Shown: positions 40,082 through 50,019, numbered from the stretch's first letter. The stretch is 64,000 nucleotides of DNA from Minisyncoccota bacterium (GCA_041661645.1 JBAZUA010000001.1:192189-256188); one strand, 5' to 3'. Notes: generated by a model not told the origin, from the sequence alone. Numbers and translations: made by a program.

Positions 40082-40624
40082 CTAGAACGTCCTCTCGAGG
40101 GGTGTCGGGGTCATCGGTGCGTCGCCTGAAAGCTGGAAGGTGCCCTCAAGGATATTGACGAATCCCCATATGGACATCATGACGAAGAGGCCGACGATGC
40201 CGTAGATGATGGCGTTCTTCCCCTCCTCCCTCTTCTCCTCGCTCGACAGCATCTTGAACGCCCCAAGGATCGTGTAGATCACGGTGAGGGACACGATGAG
40301 ATATATGAAATAATTAATGTACACGATGATGCAGTCGACGACGCCCACAAACCCGCCGTCGGTGAGGCTGTCGCAGGCTGTACTACCGCCCCTACCGCCG
40401 CCCGAGCCGAGTGAGAAAGTCGAGTTGTCCATCTTCGAGTTCGAGAAATCGTTGGTGGGTATGATTGCCTGCCCGACAGGCTCCGGGGCGGTGCTGGTGA
40501 AAACAGTCCCGCCCTCCGCCGTACCAGCCGTATCCACAGGAATGAACTGCGCGGATGTGGCCGCTGGCACCGAAAGAATGACGAGAAGCGATGAGACGAG
40601 GGCGAAGCGTGATATTGAAGTCAT
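40082..40624 (-). CDS. TrbC/VirB2-like pilin, close paralogue of 35851-36246
   Basis: Shared GAFKMLSSEEKREEGK and GLFVMMSIWGFVNIL. Confidence 0.85.
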   Translation of the reverse strand: MTSISRFALVSSLLVILSVPAATSAQFIPVDTAGTAEGGTVFTSTAPEPVGQAIIPTNDFSNSKMDNSTFSLGSGGGRGGSTACDSLTDGGFVGVVDCIIVYINYFIYLIVSLTVIYTILGAFKMLSSEEKREEGKNAIIYGIVGLFVMMSIWGFVNILEGTFQLSGDAPMTPTPLERTF

Positions 40625-40697
40625 AGTGGTTTCATTATAGCAAAGAAAAAGCGGGACATCTGCCCCGCTTTCCCACATATGTGAATTTATCCGAAAC

Positions 40698-43166
40698 TTA
40701 GAGACAAACAACGCTCGCGAGCGAATCCCCCTCCCTCAGCTTCATGACGCGCACGCCCTGGGTCTGTCGCCCGAGGGTCGGTATCTCGTCGAGCTCGACG
40801 CGGACGACCTGGGACTTCTTGGACATGGCCACGAGCTCGCTGTCCTCCTCGGTGATAACCTTGGCCGAGATGACGACGCCCGTCTTGTCGGTAACCTTCA
40901 TGGTGAGTATTCCCGATCCGCCGCGATTCTGGGTCTTGTACTCAGATGCCTCGGTGGTCTTGCCGTAACCGTTCTTTGATATGACCATGACACGGGCGTT
41001 CTTTGCGTCCTTTCTGACGGGATCGGCGTTGATGACGCTGTCTCCCTTGCCCAAGTCAATGCCGCGTACGCCCATGGCCGACCTGCCCATCTCGCGCACG
41101 TCGCTTTCCTTGAATCTAATCGACTGCCCGTCAGCGGTGAAGACGAAGGTGTCGTCGCCCTTTGACACGAAGGTGACGGACACCAGCGAGTCGCCCTTGT
41201 CGAGAGTGATGGCGATGAGGCCGCTGCGACGCACGTCATGGAAGCCCTCGGCCTTGACCTTCTTTGCGGTGCCGAGCTTGGTGACCATCATGAGGGATAG
41301 TTCGGCAGACTGCTTTGACTCCTTCGGCATCGGAAGAATGGAGGTGACCTTCTCGTCATCGGCGAGCGAGAGGAAGTTGACGAGGGCCTTACCCTTGGTG
41401 GCGCGCTTGCCTTCCGGAAGCTCGTACATCTTTATCTGATACGCCTTTCCCTTGTCCGTGAAGAACAGGATGTCGGCATGGGTGTTGGTGGTGACGAGCT
41501 TGGTGACGAAGTCCTCCTCCTTGGTGTCGAGGTCTACCACGCCAACGCCGCCGCGGCGCTGCTTCTTGTATTCGTCCGGCGCGGTTCGCTTGACGTATCC
41601 GCCCTGGGTAAGCACGAGGACGCTCTCCACGTCAGGTATGAGATCTTCCTCGTTGATGACCTTCGCGCCGTGCTTGATGACCTTGGTGCGTCGCTCGTTG
41701 CCGTACTTGGCCTTGATCTCGATGAGCTCGGACTTTATGACGCCAAGGATCTTCTTTGGGCTGGCGAGAAGGGCCTTGAGCTCCTCGATGAGTGCCTGAA
41801 CGGCCTTGAGCTCATCCTCGATCTTCTTGCGCTCGAGTCCGGCGAGCTTCTGCAGTCGCATGTCGAGGATGGCCTGGGCCTGGAGTGCCGAGAACTTGAA
41901 CTTCTTCATGAGGCCGTCCTTGGCTTCTTCTACGTCCTTTGACGCCCTGATGAGCTTGATGATCTCGTCTATGTGATCGAGGGCCTTCTTGAGGCCGAGC
42001 AGGATGTGCTCGCGGGCCTCGGCGATGCGCAGGTCGTATATCGTGCGGCGCTTGACCACCTCGACGCGATGCTCGATGAAATGCTCGAGGATGGATTTGA
42101 GGGAGAGGGTCTCCGGTCGGCCCTTGACGAGGGCGACGACGTTCATGTGGAAGGTGTCCTCGAGCTGGGTGTGCTTGTACAAAAAGTTGAGTATCTTCTG
42201 GGGATGTGCTCCTGACTTGAGATCGATCACCACGCGAATGTCCTTGGCGGACTCGTCGCGAAGGCCCTTGATGCCCTCGATGCGCTTCTCGCGGACATGG
42301 TCGGCGATGGCCATGATGAGGTCTGCCTTCACGACGCGATACGGGATGGAAGAGATGATGATCTGGAAAATCCCGGCCTTGTTCTCGACGATCTCGGCAT
42401 CGCCACGGGTGAGGATGCCTCCCTTTCCGGTTGCGTAGGCATGCTGAATGTCCTTCTCGCTGTAAATGGTGCCTCCCGTCGGGAAGTCGGGACCCTTCAC
42501 GTATTTCAAGAGATCCTCGGTCGTCGCATCTCCGTCATCCATGAGGTGCACGGTCGCGTCGAGAACCTCGCCCAGGTTATGAGGAGGGATGTTCGTTGCC
42601 ATTCCAACGGCGATGCCGAGAGTACCGTTCAACAGAAGGTTCGGCACGGCAGTCGGGAGAACCGATGGCTCCTTGCGGGTGTTGTCGTAGTTCGGTCGGA
42701 AGTCCACAGTCTCCTTCTCGAGGTCGCGCAGGAGTTCGCCCGCGATGCGAGACATCTTTGCCTCGGTATACCTATATGCGGCGGCTCCGTCTCCGTCAAT
42801 CGATCCGAAGTTTCCCTGTCCGATGACGAGCGGATAGCGCATCGAGAAATCCTGGGCCATCTTGACCATGGCCTCGTACACGGACGCGTCGCCGTGGGGG
42901 TGATACTTACCGAGCACGTCTCCGACGATGGTCGCCGACTTCTTGGTCTTTGCGGACGCGGTGAGGCCGATGTCATGCATGGCATAGAGGATGCGTCGAT
43001 GCACAGGCTTGAGTCCATCACGCACGTCGGGCAGCGCTCGGGCGGTGATGACGGACATGGCATAGTCGAGATACGACTCGCGCATTTCAGTGACGATGTT
43101 TCGCGCCACGACGCCCTTTACTTCGAATGGCAGTTTTGGCTCGGGTGGGGTGTTTTTAGGGCTCAT
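40698..43166 (-). CDS. gyrA: DNA gyrase subunit A
   Basis: [29 protein letters not shown], GyrA-box QRRGGVG. Confidence 0.98.
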   Translation of the reverse strand: MSPKNTPPEPKLPFEVKGVVARNIVTEMRESYLDYAMSVITARALPDVRDGLKPVHRRILYAMHDIGLTASAKTKKSATIVGDVLGKYHPHGDASVYEAMVKMAQDFSMRYPLVIGQGNFGSIDGDGAAAYRYTEAKMSRIAGELLRDLEKETVDFRPNYDNTRKEPSVLPTAVPNLLLNGTLGIAVGMATNIPPHNLGEVLDATVHLMDDGDATTEDLLKYVKGPDFPTGGTIYSEKDIQHAYATGKGGILTRGDAEIVENKAGIFQIIISSIPYRVVKADLIMAIADHVREKRIEGIKGLRDESAKDIRVVIDLKSGAHPQKILNFLYKHTQLEDTFHMNVVALVKGRPETLSLKSILEHFIEHRVEVVKRRTIYDLRIAEAREHILLGLKKALDHIDEIIKLIRASKDVEEAKDGLMKKFKFSALQAQAILDMRLQKLAGLERKKIEDELKAVQALIEELKALLASPKKILGVIKSELIEIKAKYGNERRTKVIKHGAKVINEEDLIPDVESVLVLTQGGYVKRTAPDEYKKQRRGGVGVVDLDTKEEDFVTKLVTTNTHADILFFTDKGKAYQIKMYELPEGKRATKGKALVNFLSLADDEKVTSILPMPKESKQSAELSLMMVTKLGTAKKVKAEGFHDVRRSGLIAITLDKGDSLVSVTFVSKGDDTFVFTADGQSIRFKESDVREMGRSAMGVRGIDLGKGDSVINADPVRKDAKNARVMVISKNGYGKTTEASEYKTQNRGGSGILTMKVTDKTGVVISAKVITEEDSELVAMSKKSQVVRVELDEIPTLGRQTQGVRVMKLREGDSLASVVCL

Positions 43167-43253
43167 GCGTTGTTTTTAGTGCGTAAAGTATAGCATTTCT
43201 GGCATTTGGCCAGTACTTGACTATATATGTATTATAGTGTATTATATAAAAGT

Positions 43254-43544
43254 ATGAAAAAACTGCTCTTCGTTAGTCTTATCCTCCTCGCATGCCTCGC
43301 TTCGGCCGGCACCGCTCACGCAGACACGACTATAGGCCTGGTGAACGGCACAGGCAAATCCACCTTGCAGATCAAAGCGTTCGCTTCAGACAGCTATCCA
43401 GATGAAGCCGTCAATAAGGCGAACACCTGGCTGGACGGTCTCAACAAGACCACCATTATTGTTTCAGTGACACCCACGGCGGTGGGAACTTCGTCCCACA
43501 AGCAACATGTTATCACGATCGTCTATTACAGATCAGAGCCGTAG
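43254..43544 (+). CDS. Small secreted protein
   Basis: Signal peptide MKKLL...AHA; promoter upstream. Confidence 0.7.
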   Translation: MKKLLFVSLILLACLASAGTAHADTTIGLVNGTGKSTLQIKAFASDSYPDEAVNKANTWLDGLNKTTIIVSVTPTAVGTSSHKQHVITIVYYRSEP

Positions 43545-43610
43545 TCGGAGAAAAAATAAGGCCCCCAAGACCTACACAAGCCCCGCTTCACCGCGCGGGC
43601 TTTTTTGTAC

Positions 43611-43970
43611 TTAATTTATATCAGCGGGATAAGGACCATCGACGGGAGCGGCCACATCATCAGATGGCACGGTATCAATAGGGGCGACATAATCCGTCGT
43701 CGTGGCCTGTGAAGTCGTGGAAACCTTGACACCGTCATCCTTCGGAAAGAACTGATCCCAGGAACCCCCTATCTTCGAGCCAATGTCCTTCAGATTATTG
43801 TTCTGGGGCGTATTGATTTCGAAGGAGAGGCCCCCGTTCTCGAGCCTGAAGACGAGCGCAACTACCCAAAAGAGGGCGATAACGAGAGTGGCTGTAGCGG
43901 ATGCGCCGAATATGAAGCGAAGCTTCTCCGCGTCTGACTTATTCCTCAGCTTTTCTATGTGTTTGAACAT
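43611..43970 (-). CDS. Single-TM hypothetical protein
   Basis: IEKLRNK....K.R..F then TM. Confidence 0.7.
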   Translation of the reverse strand: MFKHIEKLRNKSDAEKLRFIFGASATATLVIALFWVVALVFRLENGGLSFEINTPQNNNLKDIGSKIGGSWDQFFPKDDGVKVSTTSQATTTDYVAPIDTVPSDDVAAPVDGPYPADIN

Positions 43971-44005
43971 TGCCTCTGTCGCGGGACGATTGCCCGCATG
44001 TCTCA

Positions 44006-44635
44006 TTACGCCTGCGCCTCGAGAACGACCACGTCCGCGTCCTTGCCATCGAGATCCTTCCTCTTGAGGGTCAATTTGTCCTGCGGCTTCTGGGCCTCCT
44101 CGCCCGCCTCCTTGAGAAAGGCCTTTATTGCCGCGGGGTCATCGCCAACAGGGATGATCAGCCTTGGCTCGAGCTTGACCGCGAGCTTGTAGGCGTCGCT
44201 TGGCGAGAGAGTGTCCCCCGCCGTTCCGACAGGGACGAAGAGCACGTCGATCTGCTCGATCTCCTCGTTCGCCTCGCCCGGGATGTCCTTGGTCGAGAGA
44301 GCCCCGAGGAAGCAGAGGTTCATGTTCTCGAGCTGCACCGTGTATATGGTGTTGATGAGGGGCTTGCCGCCGTGATTGGTCTCGGAGGAGAAGCCCTTGA
44401 TGAAGACATCCTTTATCTCGTATTCGCCAGGGCCGGTCACAGCGAAGGCCTCCTTTCCGCCGAATGACACCTGATCGACACCGTTAAGGTCGGCGTGATT
44501 GGCCGAGACGAGGGCAATGTCCGCGCCGAAGCGGCTCGACTTGAGCTTCGAGTCCTTTGATATCGGATTGACGGCAAGGGTGATGTCGCCAAACTGAACC
44601 TTGAAAAAATGACCGCCTTGATATGTGATTACCAT
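44006..44635 (-). CDS. MBL-fold (beta-lactamase superfamily) protein
   Basis: ITYQG...FKVQ, GPGEYEI, IDVLFVPVG, LEPRLIIP. Confidence 0.85.
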   Translation of the reverse strand: MVITYQGGHFFKVQFGDITLAVNPISKDSKLKSSRFGADIALVSANHADLNGVDQVSFGGKEAFAVTGPGEYEIKDVFIKGFSSETNHGGKPLINTIYTVQLENMNLCFLGALSTKDIPGEANEEIEQIDVLFVPVGTAGDTLSPSDAYKLAVKLEPRLIIPVGDDPAAIKAFLKEAGEEAQKPQDKLTLKRKDLDGKDADVVVLEAQA

Positions 44636-44702
44636 GCGGGAAGTATAGAGCATTTCCGATTTTGTATCCAGATTGACAAGGGTTTTCCGAGTAGTAGCAT
44701 AC

Positions 44703-45025
44703 GGACCAAGGCCTAAGCTCCTTGGAAACAAAGAAAACTCGAATTCCTGGGCGTGAGCGCCCTCGAACAGGCCAAACCCGTCGTGCGGGCACGACGGGGG
44801 TTGCAGGACCTCAGCACAGGCCCATCTAGCGAACGGGTCCAGGGGCACCTAAGTAGCCTTTGTCCCAGCGCGAACGGGACAGGGGCGAATCCGGCAGACA
44901 ACCCCGCCACAAGTGTCCAACCGCACGCGTCGCAACGCGTGTACGAAGTGGCGACGGCGCTGCCAAGCCTAAATCCGACGAGCTTTTGCTGCATAGCCGC
45001 ACTCCTGCAGGGTGTGGCTATTTTG
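44703..45025 (+). ncRNA. Candidate structured ncRNA of about 320 nt, unassigned
   Basis: TTGACA-N16-TAGCAT promoter at 44673-44700, at least six hairpins, terminator at 44993-45028, no credible ORF. Confidence 0.5.
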
Positions 45026-45130
45026 TTTGAGACATCCTCGTCACTTGCCAAACGAGCACGCCTACTGCCTATGTCTATTTTTTATTTTCTCTTTATAGGT
45101 TTTCACTCCATCCCATAGCAAAATAAGCTC

Positions 45131-45547
45131 ATGCAGAGGAAGAACTCACCATCAAAACCATACGGCCAGCTCGCCACGAAAAGCGACGTGAGGGAAATTG
45201 TCACGGAAGTCATCGACAACTTTGCCATCATGATGAAACGCAGCTTCGACGACATCAACGATAGAATGGTGACAAAGGAAGAGTTCAACGAATTCAAGGC
45301 TGAAATGCATGAGTTCAAGGATGAGATGCATGAGTTCAAAACGAATATGCTTGAATTCAAAGACGGCACAGAACCAGCCCTATACAGCCTTCAAACGGAT
45401 ATGCTCGACGTCAAATCAAGACTAACAAAGGTAGAGACCGGACTGACGAACGTCGAAAACGGCGTCACATCCCTCACGGCGGCCGTGCGCAGCAACTGGC
45501 GTGATCACGAAGGTCGCATTACCAGACTCGAGGAGCGAGTCACCTGA
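45131..45547 (+). CDS. Coiled-coil heptad-repeat protein
   Basis: ATKSDV..IDNFAIM, (EMHEFKx) repeats, VRSNW.DHE.RI..LEER. Confidence 0.8.
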   Translation: MQRKNSPSKPYGQLATKSDVREIVTEVIDNFAIMMKRSFDDINDRMVTKEEFNEFKAEMHEFKDEMHEFKTNMLEFKDGTEPALYSLQTDMLDVKSRLTKVETGLTNVENGVTSLTAAVRSNWRDHEGRITRLEERVT

Positions 45548-45667
45548 TTGAATGGGTCTATCGTGTAAAACCCTTTGCGGACATGGGTGATTTCCATATT
45601 TTGCACCCAGATTGACAGACCCCCTCATAAGAGTAGTCTTGTGAACAGGAAACCCAATGCTCATCAA

Positions 45668-46306
45668 ATGAATACCGTAACAGAATCAAACGAACTACAG
45701 GAAGTCAAATTCCTTAAACTGCAAATGACCAGACAGGCCGAACGGGCCAACAGCATGGTGGGGGAAATAAAAGACCTCTACCAAAAGCTGAGAACCGAGG
45801 AATGCCTAGAGGTCGAGATTACGGAAAAATACAACAAATCCGTGACGGCCCTCGTCATCGACGAAGCCGAACGCAGGGGCGTATCATTCTGCAGCCTCTG
45901 CGAAGAAGAAAGGCCGGCCTCGTCCATGGTCTGCGTGCTCTTCACGGGATCAAAGATCATAAGGATGGGAGACCACGGGACAGAGACAGAATATCTGAGG
46001 GACTTCTCCACGCCTCATCTGCTCTGCCCGACCTGCCTCGACACACACACCAAGAAAAGCGGCTGGATAGGACCATTCAACTCCATCGCCCAGGGTTCCG
46101 AGACGTTTTATCTCTGGCATACGGACAAGCGTTCGGACGGGCTTTACGCCCACGTCCTCGGATACAACAAGCTCGTGCCCGTAAAACCACCACAGGCGAT
46201 CCCGCCCGACAAGATAAACGAAAAGGCCTCGCAGTGGGGCCTTCCGACAACCATCGGGTTTCCCCACAGGAGACTTAATGAGCCCACGGAACGTGGCTGG
46301 GACTGA
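45668..46306 (+). CDS. Hypothetical protein with CxxC...CxxC putative Zn site
   Basis: FCSLC and LCPTC after an N-terminal coiled coil. Confidence 0.65.
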   Translation: MNTVTESNELQEVKFLKLQMTRQAERANSMVGEIKDLYQKLRTEECLEVEITEKYNKSVTALVIDEAERRGVSFCSLCEEERPASSMVCVLFTGSKIIRMGDHGTETEYLRDFSTPHLLCPTCLDTHTKKSGWIGPFNSIAQGSETFYLWHTDKRSDGLYAHVLGYNKLVPVKPPQAIPPDKINEKASQWGLPTTIGFPHRRLNEPTERGWD

Positions 46307-46521
46307 GCCCATCCCTCGGACAAGCACATGCGGGCCGGCGACCAAAGGTCGCCGGCCCTTTTACTTTCACAAAAAGGACTTTACCGCGAGGCCCTTTCAT
46401 GCTAACCTCTTCCCTACCTGACTTTTCGTCAGTTTTTATTTTTCACCGGCTTCGGTAACCCTTTCTCAGGACCACTTGCAACGAGCATCGAGAGGAAGCA
46501 CCGAAACGGACCTTTAATATC

Positions 46522-47613
46522 ATGGCAGAAGAAATCAAGAAGGCGGAGCCGACCACGCTCATGGGCAAATTGCTCAATGACACGGCCACCCCACCAAATG
46601 TCGGCGACCTCATCGAGGGAACCGTCATCGCTATCGACAAGAAGGGCGTCTTCATAGACCTCCCCCCATTCGGTACCGGCATCATCTACGGACGCGAGTA
46701 CATCGTCGCCCGAGACGTCATCAAGAAGATCAACGTCGGCGACAAGGTCGCTGCGAAGATCGTCGATGCGTCAAACAAAGACGGCTATATCGAGCTTTCC
46801 CTCAAGGAGGCCCGACAGGCCCTCATCTGGACCGAGGCCGAGCTCGCCATCGTCGAGAAGAAGATCCTCGAGCTCCCTATCAAGGAGGCAAACAAGGGCG
46901 GACTCATCATCGAGTGGCAGGGCATCCAGGGATTCCTTCCCGCCTCCCAGCTCAAGCCCGAGCATTACCCACGCGTTCAGGACGGTGACAAGGATCGCAT
47001 CCTCGAGGAGCTCAAGAAGCTCGTCGGCACCAAGCTCGCCGTATCGATCATCGGCGCATTCCCCAAGGAAGGCAAGCTCATCTTCTCCGAGAAGAACTCT
47101 GAGCAGAAGGACAAGACCGAGCAGGTCGCCAAGTTCAAGGTCGGCGACGACGTTGAGGGAAAGGTCACCGGCATGGTTGACTTCGGAGTCTTCGTCAAGA
47201 TCGACGAGGGTCTCGAGGGTCTCGTTCACATCTCAGAGATTGACTGGGCACTCGTCGAGGATCCAAAGACCCGCTTCAAGGTAGGCGACAAGGTCAAGGT
47301 CCGCGTCATCGAGATCAAGGACGGCAAGGTCTCCCTCTCCATCAAGGCCCTCAAGCCAAACCCATGGGTAGAGGCGGGCAAGAAGTACAAGAAGGAGCAG
47401 ATCGTGAAGGGCGTCGTCATCAAGTTCAATCGACACGGCGCGCTCGCCTCGATCGAGGAAGGCATCGCGGGCCTCGTCCACGTTTCCGAATTCGGAACCG
47501 AGGAGAAGCTCCGACAGAACCTCGAGCTCGGCAAGACCTACAGCTTCAAGATCACCCTCTTCGATGCTGGCAGCCAGAAGATGACCCTTGCCTTCGCGGG
47601 AGAGAAGAAGTAA
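46522..47613 (+). CDS. rpsA: 30S ribosomal protein S1 (4 S1 domains)
   Basis: Repeated S1 motifs: FGVFV...EGLVHISEI, GFLPASQL. Confidence 0.93.
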   Translation: MAEEIKKAEPTTLMGKLLNDTATPPNVGDLIEGTVIAIDKKGVFIDLPPFGTGIIYGREYIVARDVIKKINVGDKVAAKIVDASNKDGYIELSLKEARQALIWTEAELAIVEKKILELPIKEANKGGLIIEWQGIQGFLPASQLKPEHYPRVQDGDKDRILEELKKLVGTKLAVSIIGAFPKEGKLIFSEKNSEQKDKTEQVAKFKVGDDVEGKVTGMVDFGVFVKIDEGLEGLVHISEIDWALVEDPKTRFKVGDKVKVRVIEIKDGKVSLSIKALKPNPWVEAGKKYKKEQIVKGVVIKFNRHGALASIEEGIAGLVHVSEFGTEEKLRQNLELGKTYSFKITLFDAGSQKMTLAFAGEKK

Positions 47614-47647
47614 TCAGGACTCAATAGAACGGCTCACGTAAGCCACA

Positions 47648-47677
47648 TAAAACACCTCAACCCATTGAGGTGTTTTA
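47648..47677. terminator. Hairpin after rpsA (CCTCAA..TTGAGG family, copy 3)
   Basis: TAAAACACCTCAA-CCCA-TTGAGGTGTTTTA. Confidence 0.75.
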
Positions 47678-47728
47678 CTTTGGCCCGGACAGGTTGACTA
47701 GAGACCTAGAAAAGGTACCATTTTGAAT

Positions 47729-47965
47729 GGACGCAGATGCTCGAAATCCCGACACATCGCCAAGTGATCATGCCCGAAGGATGATTGCGAAGGAGCAAGA
47801 GGCGACTAAGGTTGCACGGTTTGGTTGACCACACCAGGGTCCCCACCCGGCCGATGTCCCTCTAAGATGGAGGGGCAGAATGTCTTGATCTGAGGGGCTC
47901 GTTGTGACCTCACATGAAATAGGTACACGGCCAGCTTGGTATCAAGCGATTCGGAGGATCCGTCC
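47729..47965 (+). ncRNA. Candidate structured ncRNA of about 240 nt, unassigned
   Basis: TTGACT-N16-TACCAT promoter; 5' GGACG...CTCGAAATC pairs with 3' GATTCGGAG...CGTCC; internal hairpins; 15-bp stem at 47994-48035. Confidence 0.5.
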
Positions 47966-48225
47966 GGCGAAGAGCACGAGGAAAAGCACTCAGAGGGTGG
48001 GAACAGCGTCGATTGACATCCGCTGTTCCCACCCTAGCCCTTTCCACCCAACATCATTTTGCTATACTTATGGCCTGCGACAAGCCTGAGGACAGACACT
48101 CAACCAAACTCGCAGCAGGCAGGCGACGCCTTCGGTCGCCTGCCCACCACTTTAGTTCTTTCTGACTCTCAAGAGAAAAGCGCCCCATCGAATGGGGCGC
48201 TTTTGATGTCAGGAAGCTGAGACAG

Positions 48226-48459
48226 TCACCTCCCGCCAAAGCCTTCGGAGAACAGCGCGCTGATATCGATCAGGACAAGGGTGCACAGAACGCCGAAGGC
48301 GATGATCAGAAAGAAGAGGACAATGAGACATCTGCCGAGAACGTGTCGCCAGAGCTTTTCCTTGTCGCACAGGTGCCTTCCCCAGCCGATAAACCAGGTG
48401 ATGACGGCCGCCACGATAAGGGAGACCAGGACCGGATAGATGATTTCTATGATTCTCAC
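48226..48459 (-). CDS. Small two-TM protein
   Basis: 77 aa with two hydrophobic segments. Confidence 0.55.
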   Translation of the reverse strand: MRIIEIIYPVLVSLIVAAVITWFIGWGRHLCDKEKLWRHVLGRCLIVLFFLIIAFGVLCTLVLIDISALFSEGFGGR

Positions 48460-48551
48460 GAGTAAGCTTTCGTTGATAGGTTAAGAACGCCACCGTAAAG
48501 CCTACGCCTCCCGCGGATGAAGTCAATCGCCCTTGTCGCCAGAGGGACGAC

Positions 48552-49184
48552 CTACTTGTTGAACTCCGCGTTGTACTCGCTCATCGCTCGCTCGGGAGAG
48601 TCTGAAACCGCGAGCTCGAGGCAATCAACCACCTTCTTTATGACCTTCTTAAGATCGTCCGCCTCCTTCGGCTTAAAGTCTGCGACGATGAAGTTCTCGA
48701 CTATGGAATCGTGATCGAGCTTCTTTGGCTGGCCATTCGCCTTTGGCGGGACGATACCAATCCTGATGCGGAAGAAGGCCTGGGTGCCCACCGCCTTGAT
48801 GACGGACTGAACGCCCTTGTGCCCGCCCGCGCTCTTGTCCCAGGACATCTTGGCCTTACCCAGGGGTATGTCGAGGTCGTCATGAACGACGATGAGTTCC
48901 GGAAAGGCCTTTATGGACTTGCCTGTCGAATCCTTCATCTTCTTTGGGCCCTTCACCAGCTTTGCCGCCGAGAGGCCTGACTTATTCATGAAGGTCTCGG
49001 GAAGCACGAGGGTCGCCTTCCCCTTCTCCACCTTGCCAATCGATATGAGCGACTGGGACTTCTTGTCAGCCTTGAAGTCGTCAAACTTCATCTTCTGGGC
49101 GAATTTCATCACAGCCTCGCGTCCCGCATTGTGCCGCGTACCCTCGTATTCCGCCCCCGGGTTTCCTAGTCCAATGATTATCAT
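48552..49184 (-). CDS. pth: Peptidyl-tRNA hydrolase
   Basis: GLGNPG..Y..TRHN.G, TFMNKSG, VHDDLD, AGGHKG. Confidence 0.96.
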   Translation of the reverse strand: MIIIGLGNPGAEYEGTRHNAGREAVMKFAQKMKFDDFKADKKSQSLISIGKVEKGKATLVLPETFMNKSGLSAAKLVKGPKKMKDSTGKSIKAFPELIVVHDDLDIPLGKAKMSWDKSAGGHKGVQSVIKAVGTQAFFRIRIGIVPPKANGQPKKLDHDSIVENFIVADFKPKEADDLKKVIKKVVDCLELAVSDSPERAMSEYNAEFNK

Positions 49185-49202
49185 AATGATGACAGTATAA
49201 GA

Positions 49203-49338
49203 CATTCGATGTTCTGGCACAAAGGCTCCCGACGGAGACTCTCGGAGCACGACGGTGCGAGGGTGAGAGTGAGGGCTTTAGCTTCCAAGCGAAAAGCCCG
49301 GCCTCCAGAGGGAGCCTTTGTGCCAGAACATACGAATG
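49203..49338 (+). repeat. Structured three-way-junction element, copy 2, with 22-bp perfect inverted repeat
   Basis: ATGTTCTGGCACAAAGGCTCCC (49209-49230) / GGGAGCCTTTGTGCCAGAACAT (49310-49331) around the shared core. Confidence 0.8.
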
Positions 49339-49397
49339 CCCATTGTGTCAACACTATGATTCGGGCTACACTTCACACACCAATAATCAAGCACCAA

Positions 49398-50003
49398 ATG
49401 GACACATCAAACGATGCGGGCAAAGAAAAGAAGGAGACCCTCTTAAAGGAGGTCCTCAAATACGCCCTCTTCGCCCTGATCATCGTCCTACCCGTGCGCA
49501 CGTGGATAGCCCAGCCATTCGTCGTGAACGGCGGATCCATGGACGATACCTTCAAGGACGGGCAATACCTCATCGTCGACGAGATATCCTACCGCTTCAA
49601 GTCCCCCGAACGAGGCGACGTGCTTATCTTCAGGTACCCCGAGGACACCTCAAAATACTTCATAAAGAGACTTATCGGCCTCCCCGGAGAAACGGTCATC
49701 GTCAAGAACGACTCGGTAACCATAGAAAACGCCGAGTACCCTGCGGGCATCGCGTTAAACGAGCCCTACACGGGATCAAGAACGCTCGGCAACACGAGCG
49801 TGACACTCGGCACGGACGAATACTTCGTCATGGGAGACAACAGGATAGTCAGCCTCGACTCGCGGGCCTGGGGAGCGCTGCCGAAAAGCGACATCATCGG
49901 GCGGCCTGTGCTCAGGCTTCTCCCCTTCGGCAAGATGGGGACGTTTCCGGGGGCAGTGGCGAGTTCGAGCATGATAGGAGGGACAACAGCACCAGCACAG
50001 TAA
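49398..50003 (+). CDS. lepB: Signal peptidase I
   Basis: GGSM, RGDV.IF, FIKRLIGLPG, GDNR.VSLDSR. Confidence 0.95.
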   Translation: MDTSNDAGKEKKETLLKEVLKYALFALIIVLPVRTWIAQPFVVNGGSMDDTFKDGQYLIVDEISYRFKSPERGDVLIFRYPEDTSKYFIKRLIGLPGETVIVKNDSVTIENAEYPAGIALNEPYTGSRTLGNTSVTLGTDEYFVMGDNRIVSLDSRAWGALPKSDIIGRPVLRLLPFGKMGTFPGAVASSSMIGGTTAPAQ

Positions 50004-50019
50004 TCAACCATAGAAACAC

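Noticed and set aside
44703-47965. Identifying the two RNA candidates as tmRNA, RNase P, SRP or group I/II introns
   Set aside because: No GAGGAAAGTCC/CGGCTTA, tRNA-like T-arm plus CCA, SRP domain IV, P7 or domain V signature was recognisable by eye
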